A DNA stretch of 64,000 bases, from the NCBI RefSeq assembly GCF_009914755.1, contig NC_060932.1; one strand, written 5' to 3'. Source of the stretch: the human T2T-CHM13v2.0 reference genome, Homo sapiens. The translations under genes and the position numbers were made by a program. The notes beneath the pieces are model-generated. The model worked only from the letters and a program-made list of their open reading frames with translations, was not told where the DNA came from and searched no databases. Below are positions 1-12,869 of the stretch, one piece after another. Within the stretch, counting starts at the first letter, position 1. Each line of letters starts with the position of its first letter.

Positions 1-1060
1 AGCAGATGGCGCATGCTAACCGACTTACGTGTGGTGAACACATTCATTCAGCTGATTGGGGCCCTGCAGCTGGGGCTTCTATCCCCCACCATGATTCCTA
101 GAGACTGGCCATTAGTAATTATAGATTTGAAGGATTGCTTTTTAAATATTCTTCTAGCAGAGTCTGATTTTGTGAAATTTGCTTTTACTATTCCTGCTAT
201 GAACAACAAGGAACCAGCAGCCAGATATCATTGGAAAGTCCTGCTGCAGGATATGTTGAATAGTCCTACTATTTGTCAAACTTTTGTGGGGAAGGCTATT
301 CCACCTGTGAGAGATCAGTTTCCTGATTCATATATCATTCATTTTATGGATGACATATTGGGTACGGTCAAAAGTTAAGACTGACTTATCCAGTGTTATT
401 CATATTTACAGGAGGTGGTAGCCAATGCTGGATTGCTCATAGCACCAGATAAAATTCAAACATCCACTCCTTTCCAATATTTGGGAATGCAGGATCAGGA
501 AAGGGCAATTAGACCCCAAGAGGTTCAAATTCAAAAAGACTCTCTGAAAACTTTAAATGATTTTCAAAAATTATTAGGGGATATCAATTGGATTTGACCT
601 CCTTTGGGAATCCCTACCTATGCTATGTCTAATCTGTTCTCTATTTTAAGAGGTGACCCTGCTCTCAATAGTAAATGAGAACTGACTCCTGAGACTGCCA
701 AAGAATTACAAATGATTGAAGAAAAAATACAACAGGCCCAGGTTAATAGAATAGACTCAAATTTACCATTACAGTTCGTTGTGTTCCCTACTCTCCATTC
801 TTCTACAGGGGTTATAGTTCAGAGTGAGGACTTAGTTGAATGGTCTTTTCTGCCTCACAATACTGTTAGAACACTCACAGTATACTTGGATCAGATGGCA
901 ATCTTGATTGGGCAAGCTCACCTTAGAGTTGTTAAACTTTGTGGCTCAGATCCAGATAAGATTATAGTTCCAATGAATAAAAATCAGATTTGGAAAGCCT
1001 TTGTTAATTCAGTCAATTGGCAAATAGATTTAGCTGGCTTCATTGGAGTTCTTGATAATC
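1..1060 (+). pseudogene. HERV-K14 (HML-1-like) pol, RT/connection part, interrupted at 1060 by the HML-2 provirus
   Basis: ORFs 13-378 ([18 protein letters not shown]), 415-597 and 712-1060 are betaretroviral RT with stops. The reading GVLDN resumes as [17 protein letters not shown] after 11527. Confidence 0.85.
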
Positions 1061-2076
1061 TGAAGGGGTGGCCTGCCCCTCCACACCTGTGGGTATTTCT
1101 AGTCAGGTGGGATGGGAGACTGAGAAAAGAAATAAGACACAGTGACAAAGTATAGAGAAACAACAGTGGGCCCAGGAGAGCGGCACTTAGCACACCAAGG
1201 ACCTGCACCGGCACCGGTCTCTGAGTTCCCTCAGTTTTTATTGATTATTATTTTCATGATTTCAGCAGAAAGGAATGTAGTAGGAGAGCAGGGTGATAAT
1301 AAGGAGAAGGTCAGCAAAAAGCATGTGAGCAAAGGAATCTATGTCATAATTAAGTTCAAGGGAAAGTACTATGCCTGGATGGGCACGTAGGCCAGATTTA
1401 TGTTTCTCTCCACCCAAACATCTCAGCGGAGTAAAGAATAACAAGGCAGCATTGCTGCCAACATGTCTCACCTCCCACCATAGGGCGGTTTTTCTCCTAT
1501 CTCAGAATTGAACAAATGTACAATCGGGTTTTATACCAAGACGTTCAGTTCCCAGGGGCAGGCAGGAGACAGTGGCCTTCCTCTATCTCAACTGCAAGAG
1601 GCTTTCCTCTTTTACTAATCCACCTCAGCACAGACCCTTTATGGGTGTCGGGCTGGGGGACGGTCAGGTCTTTCTCATCCCACGAAGCCATATTTCAGAC
1701 TATCACATGGGGAGAAACCTTGGACGATACCCAGCTTTCAAGGGCAGAGTTCCCTGTGGGTTTCTGCAGTGCATTATGCCTGTGGTTTGTTGACACTAGA
1801 GAATGGCAATGACTTTTGCCAAGTATACTGCTTGTAAACATTTTGTTAACAAGGCACATCCTGCACAGCCCTAGATCCCTTAAACCTTGACTTCATACAA
1901 CACATGTTTTTATGAGCTCCAGGTTGGGTCAAAGTGGCTGGGGCAAAACTACAAATTGACAACATCTGAGCAAAGCAATTGTTCAAAGTACAGGCCTTTT
2001 TCAAAATGGAGTCTCTTATGTCTTCCCTTTCTACATAGACACAGTAACAGTCTGATCTCTCTCTCTTTTCCCTACA
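1061..2076 (-). mobile_element. HML-2 3' LTR (older LTR5A/LTR5B type)
   Basis: About 1016 bp, running TGTAGGGAAAAGAGAG...CCCCTTCA on the minus strand. Preceded by the polypurine tract AGAAAAGGGGGATA and matches the 5' LTR. Confidence 0.9.
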
Positions 2077-2129
2077 TATCCCCCTTTTCTTTTTGACAAA
2101 ACCGCCATCATCATCATGGTCCGTTCTCG

Positions 2130-4143
2130 CTAGCCGCTGTCTCTCCGGAGCTGCTGGATACACCTGTAGACTAACAATAGAGAGGACAGACATACAAGGA
2201 TTAATACAAAATTTGCAATAGTGGAATTTCCAATGGTTTTAACCCAAGTGACAGGGTTAAGATTCGTGAGGCTATCAACAGCTTTTTCCATTGCCTCAGT
2301 TTCTGGCACCAAATTTAACTGGGCTTTGGATGTTTTAAAAATTTGTTCTTTCAATTTTGAAATATCTAAAGTAAGATTATCTTCTCTTCCTTGTAGATGG
2401 CATCTAACCATGTCCCAGTGATGTTCAGATTCATTATAGGCTTGAGGTGTAATACAAAAATCTGATGTATTGTAGTCACACAGTAACTGAAAAAGATATT
2501 CCAAACTTATGAGCCTATCTCCCATCCAAATGACAGTTTGTCTAAGATCATTAATTTGATTTGCCAATTTTTGATCTATTTGAGTCTGAGAATTCCACAA
2601 TTTTGAGGAATTCTTTTGCCAATTATTCACATATTCTGCAGTGTGAACAGAGGAGGGTAAAGCAATTACAGCAGCCCTAGCAGCAGCTGTGACTGCAATA
2701 AGACCCATAATCACTGCAATTAAAGTAAAAATGAATCTTTTAGATCTAGTTAGAACTCCTTTTAATACTTCTGTTAAGATATGTACGGATGGAGAAGCCT
2801 CCCACGGTCGGTCCATGGACACAGGGATCCTCGCACCCTCTCTTGCCCTCACTAACAGAATACGATGCTGCCAATCAAAAGTTGAATCAATGCAAGTAAA
2901 CAATCTACAATTTTCACAGGTTATAGTTTGGGAATCTGGTTTAATAACTATGTTTCCTACAACTAGCATATGAGGGGGTTTTACATAACTTTGCAAAGGA
3001 ATTGTCGGATTGGATTTTAGGTTAATAGTAAAATATGGTTTATGATTTCTTGTTCCCATAACTTGATTTCCAGACCAAATTCTAATGTGGTATGAGGCCA
3101 CAGTGAGCTTCCATAATTCTGGGTGTTCAGGAGCAACAACAGGACTAACTAACTTTGGGCGGGGTGATGAAATCCCCTTTTCACCCCATTTCCATGGATA
3201 GGGTGATTCTAGCCTTCTATAAACCTGGTCTAGCCTTTTAGTTAAATCACTATCATAGGCCGGATTAGTGGGCCAGACTGATGGAGCCTGTGAACATGAG
3301 TGGGTCTGGCCTGTACTATCATAATATAATTGGCCTCAAGCGGCCCAGTTTATAATAGTTCCAAATTTATTGTTTTGTAATACCACCGCAGTATCAGCCA
3401 CACATTCTTCCCAAACTAAGACTTCTGAGTCTTTTTATTCTTTTGGAATTTCCTTGGGGCAAGATTTTCCCTTAAGCCTAAATTTTAATGATCTTTTATA
3501 GGAAGAATCCTGTAAATTATTTATTTGTGACCCGAGTGACATTTCACTTACCTGTGATAAGTGAATTTACTGGTGGCACTGACAGTAGGTACTTCTACCA
3601 ACCAATTTTGGTTTGTAGGCATTAAGCATCCCGGTGCTTTTCCCAGGCAAATAGGAGGATAATGATACCCAATGGAAATGTTTATCATCATTCCTTCTTC
3701 TTCAGGTTGGGCAGGGCCACGGTCATCTGTGGGGCCTGGTACCCATGCACTATTATTAACATATACTTCAATAGGATTATCTATCCAAGTGACTGCCCGA
3801 ATTAAGGGTCGGAAAGGCACATAGGCCCAGTAAGTATAGTTAGCTGTAGCGGCTCCTGCAGACATAGGGAGACTTACCACCGTTGATACAATCATTAAAG
3901 CTGCAAGCAGCATATTCTCTGGAGTTTGTGTTACCCTTGTGTTTTTCAGACTTTTTTCAGCTAACTGTGTCAGCTTCTTTAGCTGGGCCCAGGTTGGCGG
4001 CTCCGCTTTCTTGGTGGATGGCAACTTCATCTGTTCTTCTGATATCACCATTTTGTTCACCTGGTGGGTCGATGATGCTCAACTGCAGGTTTTTTGTCTC
4101 TGTGGAGGCACTTTTATTTGCATTTCTGATGGGATGGGTTTAT
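2130..4143 (-). pseudogene. HML-2 env, disrupted; TM-containing ORF 2130-3101 is open
   Basis: Leader/signal region [23 protein letters not shown] (3548-4060), furin site RSKR|[15 protein letters not shown] and [14 protein letters not shown]. The start ATG appears mutated to ATA with a 5-bp duplication near 4130-4143, and SU is frameshifted. Confidence 0.92.
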
Positions 4144-6165
4144 TGTAGAACTTCAAATGTCTAGTGGGTATCCAAACAGGAAGCTGATTTTCTCCTGGTG
4201 AAACACAAGAAAAACCTCTCCCCCATGTTATCACCTTCCCTGTTTCCCATGTTTTACTTTTGTTTTCTTTCCACCAAATCAGTTTTCCCTCATGTGGGCT
4301 GTTCTTTTTACCAGTAAAATGTTGTTCTGCAGAAGTAGTGGTCTGATTTCTATAAATGTTTAAAAAATTTAAAGTATAGGGTGCTAGATTAAGTTGCATC
4401 TGGGAAGTGTTATACTCCTTACTGTCTTTTTCCCTTTTTTGTTTAACCAATTGAGCTTTGAGTGTTCTATTAGTTCTTTCAATTATGGCCTGTCCTTGGG
4501 AATTATAAGGGATTCCTGTTGTATGTGTAATTTTCCACTGATTTAAGAATTTTTGAAATGCTTTACTACAGTATCCTGGCCCATTATCTGTTTTAATTTT
4601 TTCTGGAACTCCCATGACAGCAAAATAAGATAATAAATGTATTTTAACATGGGAAGTACTTTCTCCTGTCTGGCAGGTTGCCCATATGAAATGTGAATAA
4701 GTATCAACTGTCACGCGGACAAATGACAATTTTCCAAATGAAGGTACATGTGTGACATCCATTTGCCATAATGCATTAGGACATAAATCTCTGAGATTAA
4801 CTCCTGCCTCCTGAGTGGGCAGGTGTAAGACTTGACACTGAGCACAATGTTGTACAATATTTTTTGCCTGTTTCCATGTGATATCAAATTTATTTTTTAA
4901 TCCTGTTGCATTTACATGAGTCAGGACATGAAGTTCTTGTGCTTCCATCAAGGCAGATGATACTAGCAAGTCAGCTTGTTCATTTTCCTTAGTTAATTGC
5001 CCTGGTAAATTAGTATGTGCTCGAATATGAGTAATATAAACTGGGAAATTTCTTTTTCTTACAGTTTGTTGTAACAATTTAAACAGATGATTTAACTGAT
5101 AATCCATACTATATTTGATTAGAGCTTTGTAGCCTTTGTAGCCTGTACTATATATGCAGAATCTGAAACAATGTTAATAGGCTGATTAAAATCTTGTAAC
5201 ACTGAAATGACAGCAACCAATTCTGCTCTTTGAGCTGAGTGATATTGAGTTTCAATGACTCATTCTTTTGGCCCAGTGTAAGCCACTTTTCCATTGCTGA
5301 AACCATCAGTAAACACTGTCAGAGCATTTTCTAAAGGTTTTTGTCTGGTAATTTTAGGTAAAATCCAAGTAGTCAATTTTAAAAACTGGAAGATTTTTGT
5401 TTCTGGGTAATGATTATCAATAATTCCCACAAAATCAGCTAGACCAATCTGCCATGCAGCAGAATTGATAAAGGCTTGTCTAACCTGTTCCTTGTTTAAA
5501 GGAACAATGATTTTATCTGGGTCACTTCCACACAATTTTACTATTCGTAGTCTTGTCTGACCAATTAATGTAGCCATTTGATCTAAGTACAATGTAAAAG
5601 TCTTAACTGTACTGTGAGGAAGGAATGACCACTCCACAAGATCTGTATTTTGAACAATAATGCCTGTTGGAGAATGTGCAGTAGCAAAAATCAAAAATTG
5701 GAGTGGGGCTAAGTGATCTATTCTATTTACTTGTGCTGAATTAATTTTTTCTTCAACTAATTCAATTTCTTTAGTTGCCTCTGGAGTTATTGTTCTTTTA
5801 CCATTCAAGTCTGGATCCCCTCTCAAGATAGAAAACAAATTTGACATGGCATAAGTAGGAATGCCTAGAGTTGGCCCAATCCAATTAATATCTCCTAGCA
5901 ATTTTTGAAAGTCATTTAATGTTCTTAATGTGTCTTTTCTTATTTCTATTTTTTGTGGTTTAATTTTTCTTTCCTCTACCTGCATTCCCAAATAATTAAA
6001 AGGAGTGGAGGTCTGAATCTTATCAGATGCTATTGTCAGGCCTGTGTTTGCAACCTCTGTCTGCAGAAACATGTAAAAGTCAATTAATTTGTCTCTTGTT
6101 TCTGCAGCACACAAAATATCATCAACATAATGAATGATATAACAGTCTGAAAACTGTCTCTAACT
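4079..6165 (-). pseudogene. HML-2 pol, 5'-deleted (RT C-terminus, RNase H, integrase)
   Basis: [19 protein letters not shown] begins near 6150. ORF 5260-6114 carries FTDG. ORF 4079-5107 carries HHCC and D,D(35)E motifs. Confidence 0.93.
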
Positions 6166-7497
6166 GGTTCCTGGGTCCTGAATCTTTTCCCAGGCCCTGA
6201 GGCAAATAGCCCCTAGTTGTTCAATAGCCTCATTTTGCATTACTGATTGTTGGTTAATAGTGCTCCAATTTGGACCTGTTCCTAGCAATTGGTCTGCATC
6301 TATATTAACAACAGGATAAGTAGCCTGATTTTTCCGTACCTGTTCTTGTACTCCATCAATCCACCAGGTTTTAAACTGTAGATACTGAGAGGGTGAAAGG
6401 GAAGATTTAGGTAAAATTTCCCAATCATAAGGAATAAGTCTATTTCCATGAGCAATGGAATCTAATAACGTTCTCATATAAGGAGAGTTGGGTCCATATT
6501 GTTTAGCTCCTTCCTTTATGTCTTTTAACATTTTCATGGTGAAATATTCTTACCTAGCCTCCGTTTGGACAGACGCTCCTGCTTGACTCCCTTTCCTGGC
6601 CCTTTCCCGGCCGGTATCGGTTGTAACATTACCGGATACTGCCATGCCTCAAGATCTCCCTGTTTTCTGGCTGTATCAATGGTCTCATGCAGTGCACTAT
6701 CTTGTCCACTAGCTGGTACTGTAGGATCAAACACCATCGCCGTGGGTTGTTGATATAGTGCCCTACTATTTGGCACAGGATCCCATCTGGGATCTATACT
6801 GCACCTCTGGAGATGGCCGATACTGAAATTCGGCTGGCGGCCAGTGTTGATAAACTACCAGTGGTTGGGTTTTATTTTCAACCAGCTGATATTGTAGATA
6901 CTGTGTCTGTATTGGCATTTGAGGTTGTAATGTCACAGGCATCTGAACCACAGGAGAAGGAGTTGGTGGCCATCGTGGTCTAAACTCTGATGGCCCGAAT
7001 AATTCTGGACCTCCTTCCCCCAATTTTGATGATTCAGGATATATTACCTCCTGTAATTGATTATAGTCAACATTTTGCATTGACTGAGCCATTACAGACT
7101 CTACTACATTTTTATAATGTGAACTTTCCATTCCTTTCTTGAACTCTGTTCCTGTCTCTTCTTCACAATCTATTACACAGCTTTCAGGGGCATCAGAAAC
7201 TGAAACGCTATCTTCTCCTCTTTGAAATGGTTCTAAAGTTGCTTTAATAATGGCCCAATCATTCCATACTGTAAGTGGGATGATTTTACCTTCCCTACTT
7301 GCTTGTTTTAATTATTTGCCAATTTTTTCCCAATCTTTTAAATCTAAAGTTCCCTGTTCTGGAAACCATGGGCAGAATTGTTCTGTTGTTTGAAACAGTG
7401 TAATTAGATTTTCCGTAGAAGCTTTAACTCCCCCTCTTCTTAAGATAATTTTAATGAAGCTGAGATAAGAGGCATATTTACTTTCAGTTTGCCCCAT
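6166..7497 (-). pseudogene. HML-2 gag, MA to CA N-terminal domain, 3'-deleted
   Basis: MGQTESKYASYLSFIK starts at ATG 7497. GAKQYGPNSPYMRTLLDS...AWEKIQDPG follows, with stops and frameshifts. Confidence 0.93.
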
Positions 7498-7621
7498 TGT
7501 TACCCTGGATTCCTCTGAGTGCACAAGGTTACCGGAAGGCTGACCGTGGACGTACTCGGGAATCTCTCATCGGCTGTCCTCGATGCTCACATTCTTAGCA
7601 TAGCTTCACCCTAGAGAAAGG

Positions 7622-7641
7622 CACCCACGTTGGGTGGCAGA
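7622..7641 (-). promoter_or_regulatory. Degenerate tRNA-Lys primer binding site of HML-2
   Basis: Minus strand reads TCTGCCACCCAACGTGGGTG immediately after the 5' LTR end. Compare the Lys PBS TGGCGCCCAACGTGGGGC. Confidence 0.8.
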
Positions 7642-7815
7642 TGAAGGGGTGGCCTGCCCCTCCACACCTGTGGGTATTTCTAGTTGGGTGGGATGAGAGA
7701 CTGAGAAAAGAAATAAGACAGAGAGACAAAGTATAGAGAAACAACAGTGGGCCCAGGAGAGCGGCACTCAGCACACCAAGGACCTGCACCAGCACCGGTC
7801 TCTGAGTTCCCTCAG

Positions 7816-7847
<32 letters not shown>

Positions 7848-10800
7848 TTTTTTTTATTGATCATTCTTGGGTGTTTCTCGCAGAGGGGGATTTGGCAGGG
7901 TCATAGGACAACAGTGGAGGGAAGGTCAGCAGATAAACAAGTGAACAAAGGTCTCTGGTTTTCCTAGGCAGAGGACCCTGCGGCCTTCCGCAGTGTTTGT
8001 GTCCCTGGGTACTTGAGATTAGGGAGTGGTGATGACTCTTAACGAGCATGCTGCCTTCAAGCATCTGTTTAACAAAGCACATCTTGCACCGCCCTTGATC
8101 CATTTAACCCTGAGTGGACACAGCACATGTTTCAGAGAGCACAGGGTTGGGGGTAAGGTCACCGATCAACAGGATCCCAAGGCAGAAGAATTTTTCTTAG
8201 TACAGAACAAAATGAAAAGTCTCCCATGTCTACTTCTATCCACACAGACCCGGCAACCATCTGATTTCTCAATTTTTTCCCCACCCTTCCCGCCTTTCTA
8301 TTCCACAAAACCGCCATTGTCATCATGGCCCATCCCCAATGAGCCGCTGGGCACACCTCCCAGACGGGGTCGTGGCCGGGCAGAGGGGCTCCTCACTTCC
8401 CAGTAGGGGCGGCCGGGCAGAAGCGCCCCTCACCTCCCGGATGGGGCGGCTGGCCGGGCAGGGGGCTGACCCCCCCACCTCCCTCCCGGACAGGGCGGCT
8501 GGCCGACCCCCCGCCCCGCCTCCCTCCCGGATGGGGCGGCTGGCCGGGCAGAGGGGCTCCTCACTTCCCAGTAGGGGCGGCCGGGCAGAGGCGCCCCTCA
8601 CCTCCCGGACGGGGTGGCTGGCCAGGCGGGGGGCTGATCCCCCCACCTCCCTCCCGGACGGGGCGGCTGGTCGGGCGGGGGGTGACCCTCCCCACCTCCC
8701 TCCCGGACGGGGCGGCTGGCCGGGCGGGGGGCTGACCCCCCCACCTCCCTCCCAGATGGGGCGGCTGGCCAGGCGGGGGGCTGACCCCCCCACCTCCCTC
8801 CCGGACGGGGCGGCTGGCCGGGCAGAGGGGCTCCTCACTTCCCAGTAGGGGCGGCCGGGCAGAGGCGCCCCTCACCTCCCGGACGGGGCGGCTGGCCAGG
8901 CGGGGGGCTGATCCCCCCACCTCCCTCCCGGACGGGGCGGCTGGCCGGGCGGGGGGCTGACCCCCCCCCACCTCCCTCCCGGACGGGGCGGCTGGCCAGG
9001 CAGGGAGCTGACCCCCCCACCTCCCTCCCGGACGGGGCGGCTGGCCGGGCGGGGGGCTGATCCCCCCACCTCCCTCCCGGACTGGGCGGCTGGCCGGGCG
9101 GGGGGCTGACCCCCCCACCTCCCTCCCGGACGGGGCGGCTGGCCGGGCGGGGGGCTGATCCCCCCACCTCCCTCCCGGACTGGGCGGCTGGCCGGGCGGG
9201 GGGCTGACCCCCCCACCTCCCTCCCGGACGGGGCGGCTGGCTGGGCAAAGGGGTCCTCACTTCCCAGTAGGGGCGGCGGGGCAGAGGCGCCCCTCACCTC
9301 CCAGACGGGGCGGCCGGCCGGGCGGGGGGCTGACCCCCCCACCTCCCTCCTGGACGGGGCGGCTGGCCGGGCAGAGGGGCTCCTCACTTCCCAGTAGGGG
9401 CGGCCGGGCAGAGGCACCCCTCACCTCCCGGACAGGGCGGCTGGCCGGGCGGGGGGCTGACCCCCACCACCTCCCTCCCGGACGGGGCAGCTGGCCGGGC
9501 AGGGGGCTGACCCCCCCTCCCCCCTCCCGGACGGGGCGGCTGGCCGGGCAGAGGGGCTCCTCACTTCCCAGTAGGGGCGGCCGGGCAGAGGCGCCCCTCA
9601 CCTCCCGGACTGGGCGGCTGGCCGGGCGGGGGGCTGACCCCCCCACCTCCCTCCTGGACGGGGCGACTGGCCAGGCAGAGGGGCTCCTCACTTCCCAGTA
9701 GGGGCGGCCGGGCAGAGGAGCCCCTCACCTCCCGGATGGGGCGGCTGGCCGGGCGGGGGGCTGACCCCCCCCACCTCCCTCCCGGACGGGGTGGCTGCCG
9801 GGCGGAGACGCTCCTCACTTCCCAGACGGGGTGGCTGCCGGATGGAGGGGCTCCTCACTTCTCAGACGGGGCAGTTGCCAGGCAGAGGGTTTCCTCACTT
9901 CTCAGACGGGGCGGCCGGGCAGAGACGCTCCTCACCTCCCAGACAGGGTTGCGGCCAGCAGAGGCGCTCCTCACATCCCAGACAGGGCGGCGGGGCAGAG
10001 GTGCTCCCCACATCTCAGACGATGGGCGGCCGGGCAGAGACGCTCCTCACTTCCTAGATGGGAAGGCGGCGGGGAAGAGGCGCTCCTCGCTTCCTAGATG
10101 GGATGGCGGCCGGGCAGAGACGCTCCTCACTTTCCAGACTGGGCAGCCAGGCAGAGAGGCTCCTCATATCCCAGACGATGGGTGGCCAAGCAGAGACGCT
10201 CCTCACTTCCCAGACGGGGTGGCGGCTGGGCAGAGGCTGCAATCTCGGCACTTTGGGGGGCCAAGGCAGGCGGCTGGGAGGTGGAGGCTGTAGCGAGCCG
10301 AGATCACGCCACTGCACTCCAGCCTGGGCACCACTGAGCACTGAGTGAACGAGACTCCGTCCGCAATCCCGGCACCCCGGGAGGCTGAGGCTGGCGGATC
10401 ACTCGTGGCTAGGAGCTGGAGACCAGCCCGGCCAACACAGCAAAACCCCGTCTCCACCAAAAAAAAAAAACGAAAACCAGTGAGGCGTGGCGGCGTGCGC
10501 CTGCAATCGCAGGCACTCAGCAGGCTGAGGCAGGAGAATCAGGCAGGGAGGCTGCAGTGAGCCGAGATGGCAGCAGCACCGTCCAGCCTTGGCTCGGCAT
10601 CAGAGGGAGACCGTGGAAGGAGACCGTGGAGGGAGAGGGAGACGGAGAGGGAGAGGGAGAGGGAGAGGGAGAGGGAGAGCACCCTCAGTTTTTATTGATT
10701 ATTATTTTCATGATTTCAGCAGAAAGGAATGTAGTAGGAGAGCAGGGTGATAATAAGGAGAAGGTCAGCAAAAAACATGTGAATAAAAGAATCTATATCA

Positions 10801-11526
10801 TAATTAAGTTCAAGGGGAGGTACTATGCCTGGATGTGCACGTAGGCCAGATTTATGTTTCTCTCCACCCAAACATCTCAGTGGAGTAAAGAATAACAAGG
10901 CAGCATTGCTGCCAACATGTCTCACCTCCCACCATAGGGCAGTTTTTCTCCTATCTCAGAATTGAACAAATGTACAATCGGGTTTTATACCAAGACCTTC
11001 AGTTCCCAGGGGCAGGTAGGAGATGGTGGCCTTCCTCTATCTCAACTGCAAGAGGCTTTCCTCTTTTACCAATCCACCTCAGCACAGACCCTTTATGGGT
11101 GTCGGGCTGGGGGATGGTCAGGTCTTTCTCATCCCATGAGGTCATATTTCAGACTATCATATGGGGAGAAACCTTGGACAATACCCAGCTTTCAAGAACA
11201 GAGGTCCCTGCGGCTTTCCGCAGTGGATTATGCCCCTGGTTTGTTGACTCTAGAGAATGGCGATGACTTTTACCAAGTATACTGCTTGTAAACATTTTGT
11301 TAACAAGGCACGTCCTGCACAGCCCTAGGTCCCTTAAACCTTGATTTCATACAACACATGTTTTTGTGAGCTCCAGGTTGGGTCAAAGTGGCTGGGGCAA
11401 AACTACAAATTAACAACATCTGAGCAAAGCAATTGTTCAAAGTACAGGTCTTTTTCAAAATGGAGTCTCTTATGTCTTCCCTTTCTACATAGACACAGTA
11501 ACAGTCTGATCTCTCTTTTCTCTACC
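7642..11526 (-). mobile_element. HML-2 5' LTR, split by the SVA (7642-7820 U5 side; 10682-11526 U3/R side)
   Basis: Both parts align by eye to 1061-2076. Confidence 0.92.
7821..10681 (-). mobile_element. Full-length SVA retrotransposon (about 2.86 kb)
   Basis: (CCCTCT)n hexamer at about 10630-10679, Alu-like region about 10230-10580, GC-rich VNTR about 8350-10220, SINE-R about 7855-8345, and a poly(A) tail. 12-bp TSD ccctcagttttt at 7809-7820 and 10682-10693, at an L1 endonuclease site TTTTT/A. Confidence 0.97.
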
Positions 11527-11532
11527 ACAATC

Positions 11533-12869
11533 ATTATCCAAAAAAGAAGATTTTTCAGTTTTTAAAGCTAACAACATGGGTCCTTCCAAAAATTACCAAT
11601 AGTGCTCCATTGGAAGGAGGAGTCACTGTGTTTACAGATGGCTCTAGCAATGGAAAAGCAGCTTATATAGGACCTAAAAACAAAATTATTCAAACTGACT
11701 TTCAATGGGCACAAAGGGCTAAATTACAGACAGTTATAGCTGTGTTAGAAGACTTTAAGCAACCTGTAAATATTGTCTCTGATTCACCTTATGTTGTTCA
11801 AGCCATTCAATACATAGAAACTGCACTCATTAAATATCTTGTGGGTGAACAACTCTATCAGCTGTTTTCTTCTTTACAAAAGACAGTGCATGATCGCTGT
11901 TTTCCTTTCTATATTACACACATTCAAGCACACACTAATCTTCCTGGGCCCCTTGTAAGGGCTAATGGTCAAGCTGATTTACTAGTTTCAACTGTGCTTA
12001 CTAATGCCCAAGATTTTCACTCCTTGTGAAACACATGTTAATACAGCAGGACTTAAACAAAAATATCAGATTACTTGGAGACAGGCAAAGGACATTGTAC
12101 AACATTACCCTCAGTGCCAGGTACTATAACTGCCACATGAAGGGACTCATGTTAACCCACAGGGATTAACCCGTAATATGTTGGGGCAAGTGAATGTAAC
12201 CCACGTACCTTCGTTTGGGAAATTTCATACGTCCATGTTACTATAGATGCCTTTTCTCATTTTGTGTGGGCAACTTGCCAAACAGGCGAGGCGGCTGCTC
12301 GTATTAAAAGATATTTACTTTCCTGTTTTGCTGCCATGGGCCTCCCACAAAAGATTAAAACAGACAATGGCCCAGGCTACTGTAGTAAATCTTTACAAGC
12401 GTTCCTTCAACAATGGTACATTGAGCACAGTACCGGAATACCCTATAATTCTCAAGGCCAAGCCATTGTTGAATGGGCTAATCAAACCTTAAAATCTCAA
12501 TTACAAAAACAAAAGACAGAGGGGGGAACCAGAGAATACTCTACTCCCCATATGCAGCTACAATTTGCTCTTATCACTTTAAATTTTTTGAATTTGTCTA
12601 AAGATAAGGTTACAACAACAGCAGAACAGCATTTGTCAGGGCAAAAATAAATCGTCATGAAGGAAAACATGTGTGGTGGAAGGAAGTCAGAATCAAAACC
12701 TGGGAAAAGGGCAAAATCATTACTTGGGGTCAAGCGTTTTCTTGTATCTCACCGGGAGAGAATCAGCTTCCTGTCTGGGTACACATAAGACATCTTAAGC
12801 TGTGCCATAAGCCAGAATCCAAGGAAGAGGTAAAGACCTTGGAATATCCCTTCACCCCCAGTTCATCAG
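11533..12869 (+). pseudogene. HML-1-like pol continuation (RNase H, integrase)
   Basis: [24 protein letters not shown] and IKTDNGPGY motifs, with frameshifts and stops. Confidence 0.88.

Larger units (their letters stand above)
1061..11526 (-). mobile_element. HERV-K(HML-2) type-2 provirus, internally deleted, with an SVA in its 5' LTR
   Basis: Two homologous LTRs (1061-2076 and 7642-11526 minus the SVA), a PBS, gag/pol/env homology, a polypurine tract next to 2077, and a 6-bp TSD ataatc (1055-1060) / acaatc (11527-11532). Confidence 0.95.

Noticed and set aside
8026-10844. Many long Pro/Gly/Arg-rich ORFs on both strands
   Set aside because: They are by-products of the stop-poor GC-rich SVA VNTR and Alu-like region.
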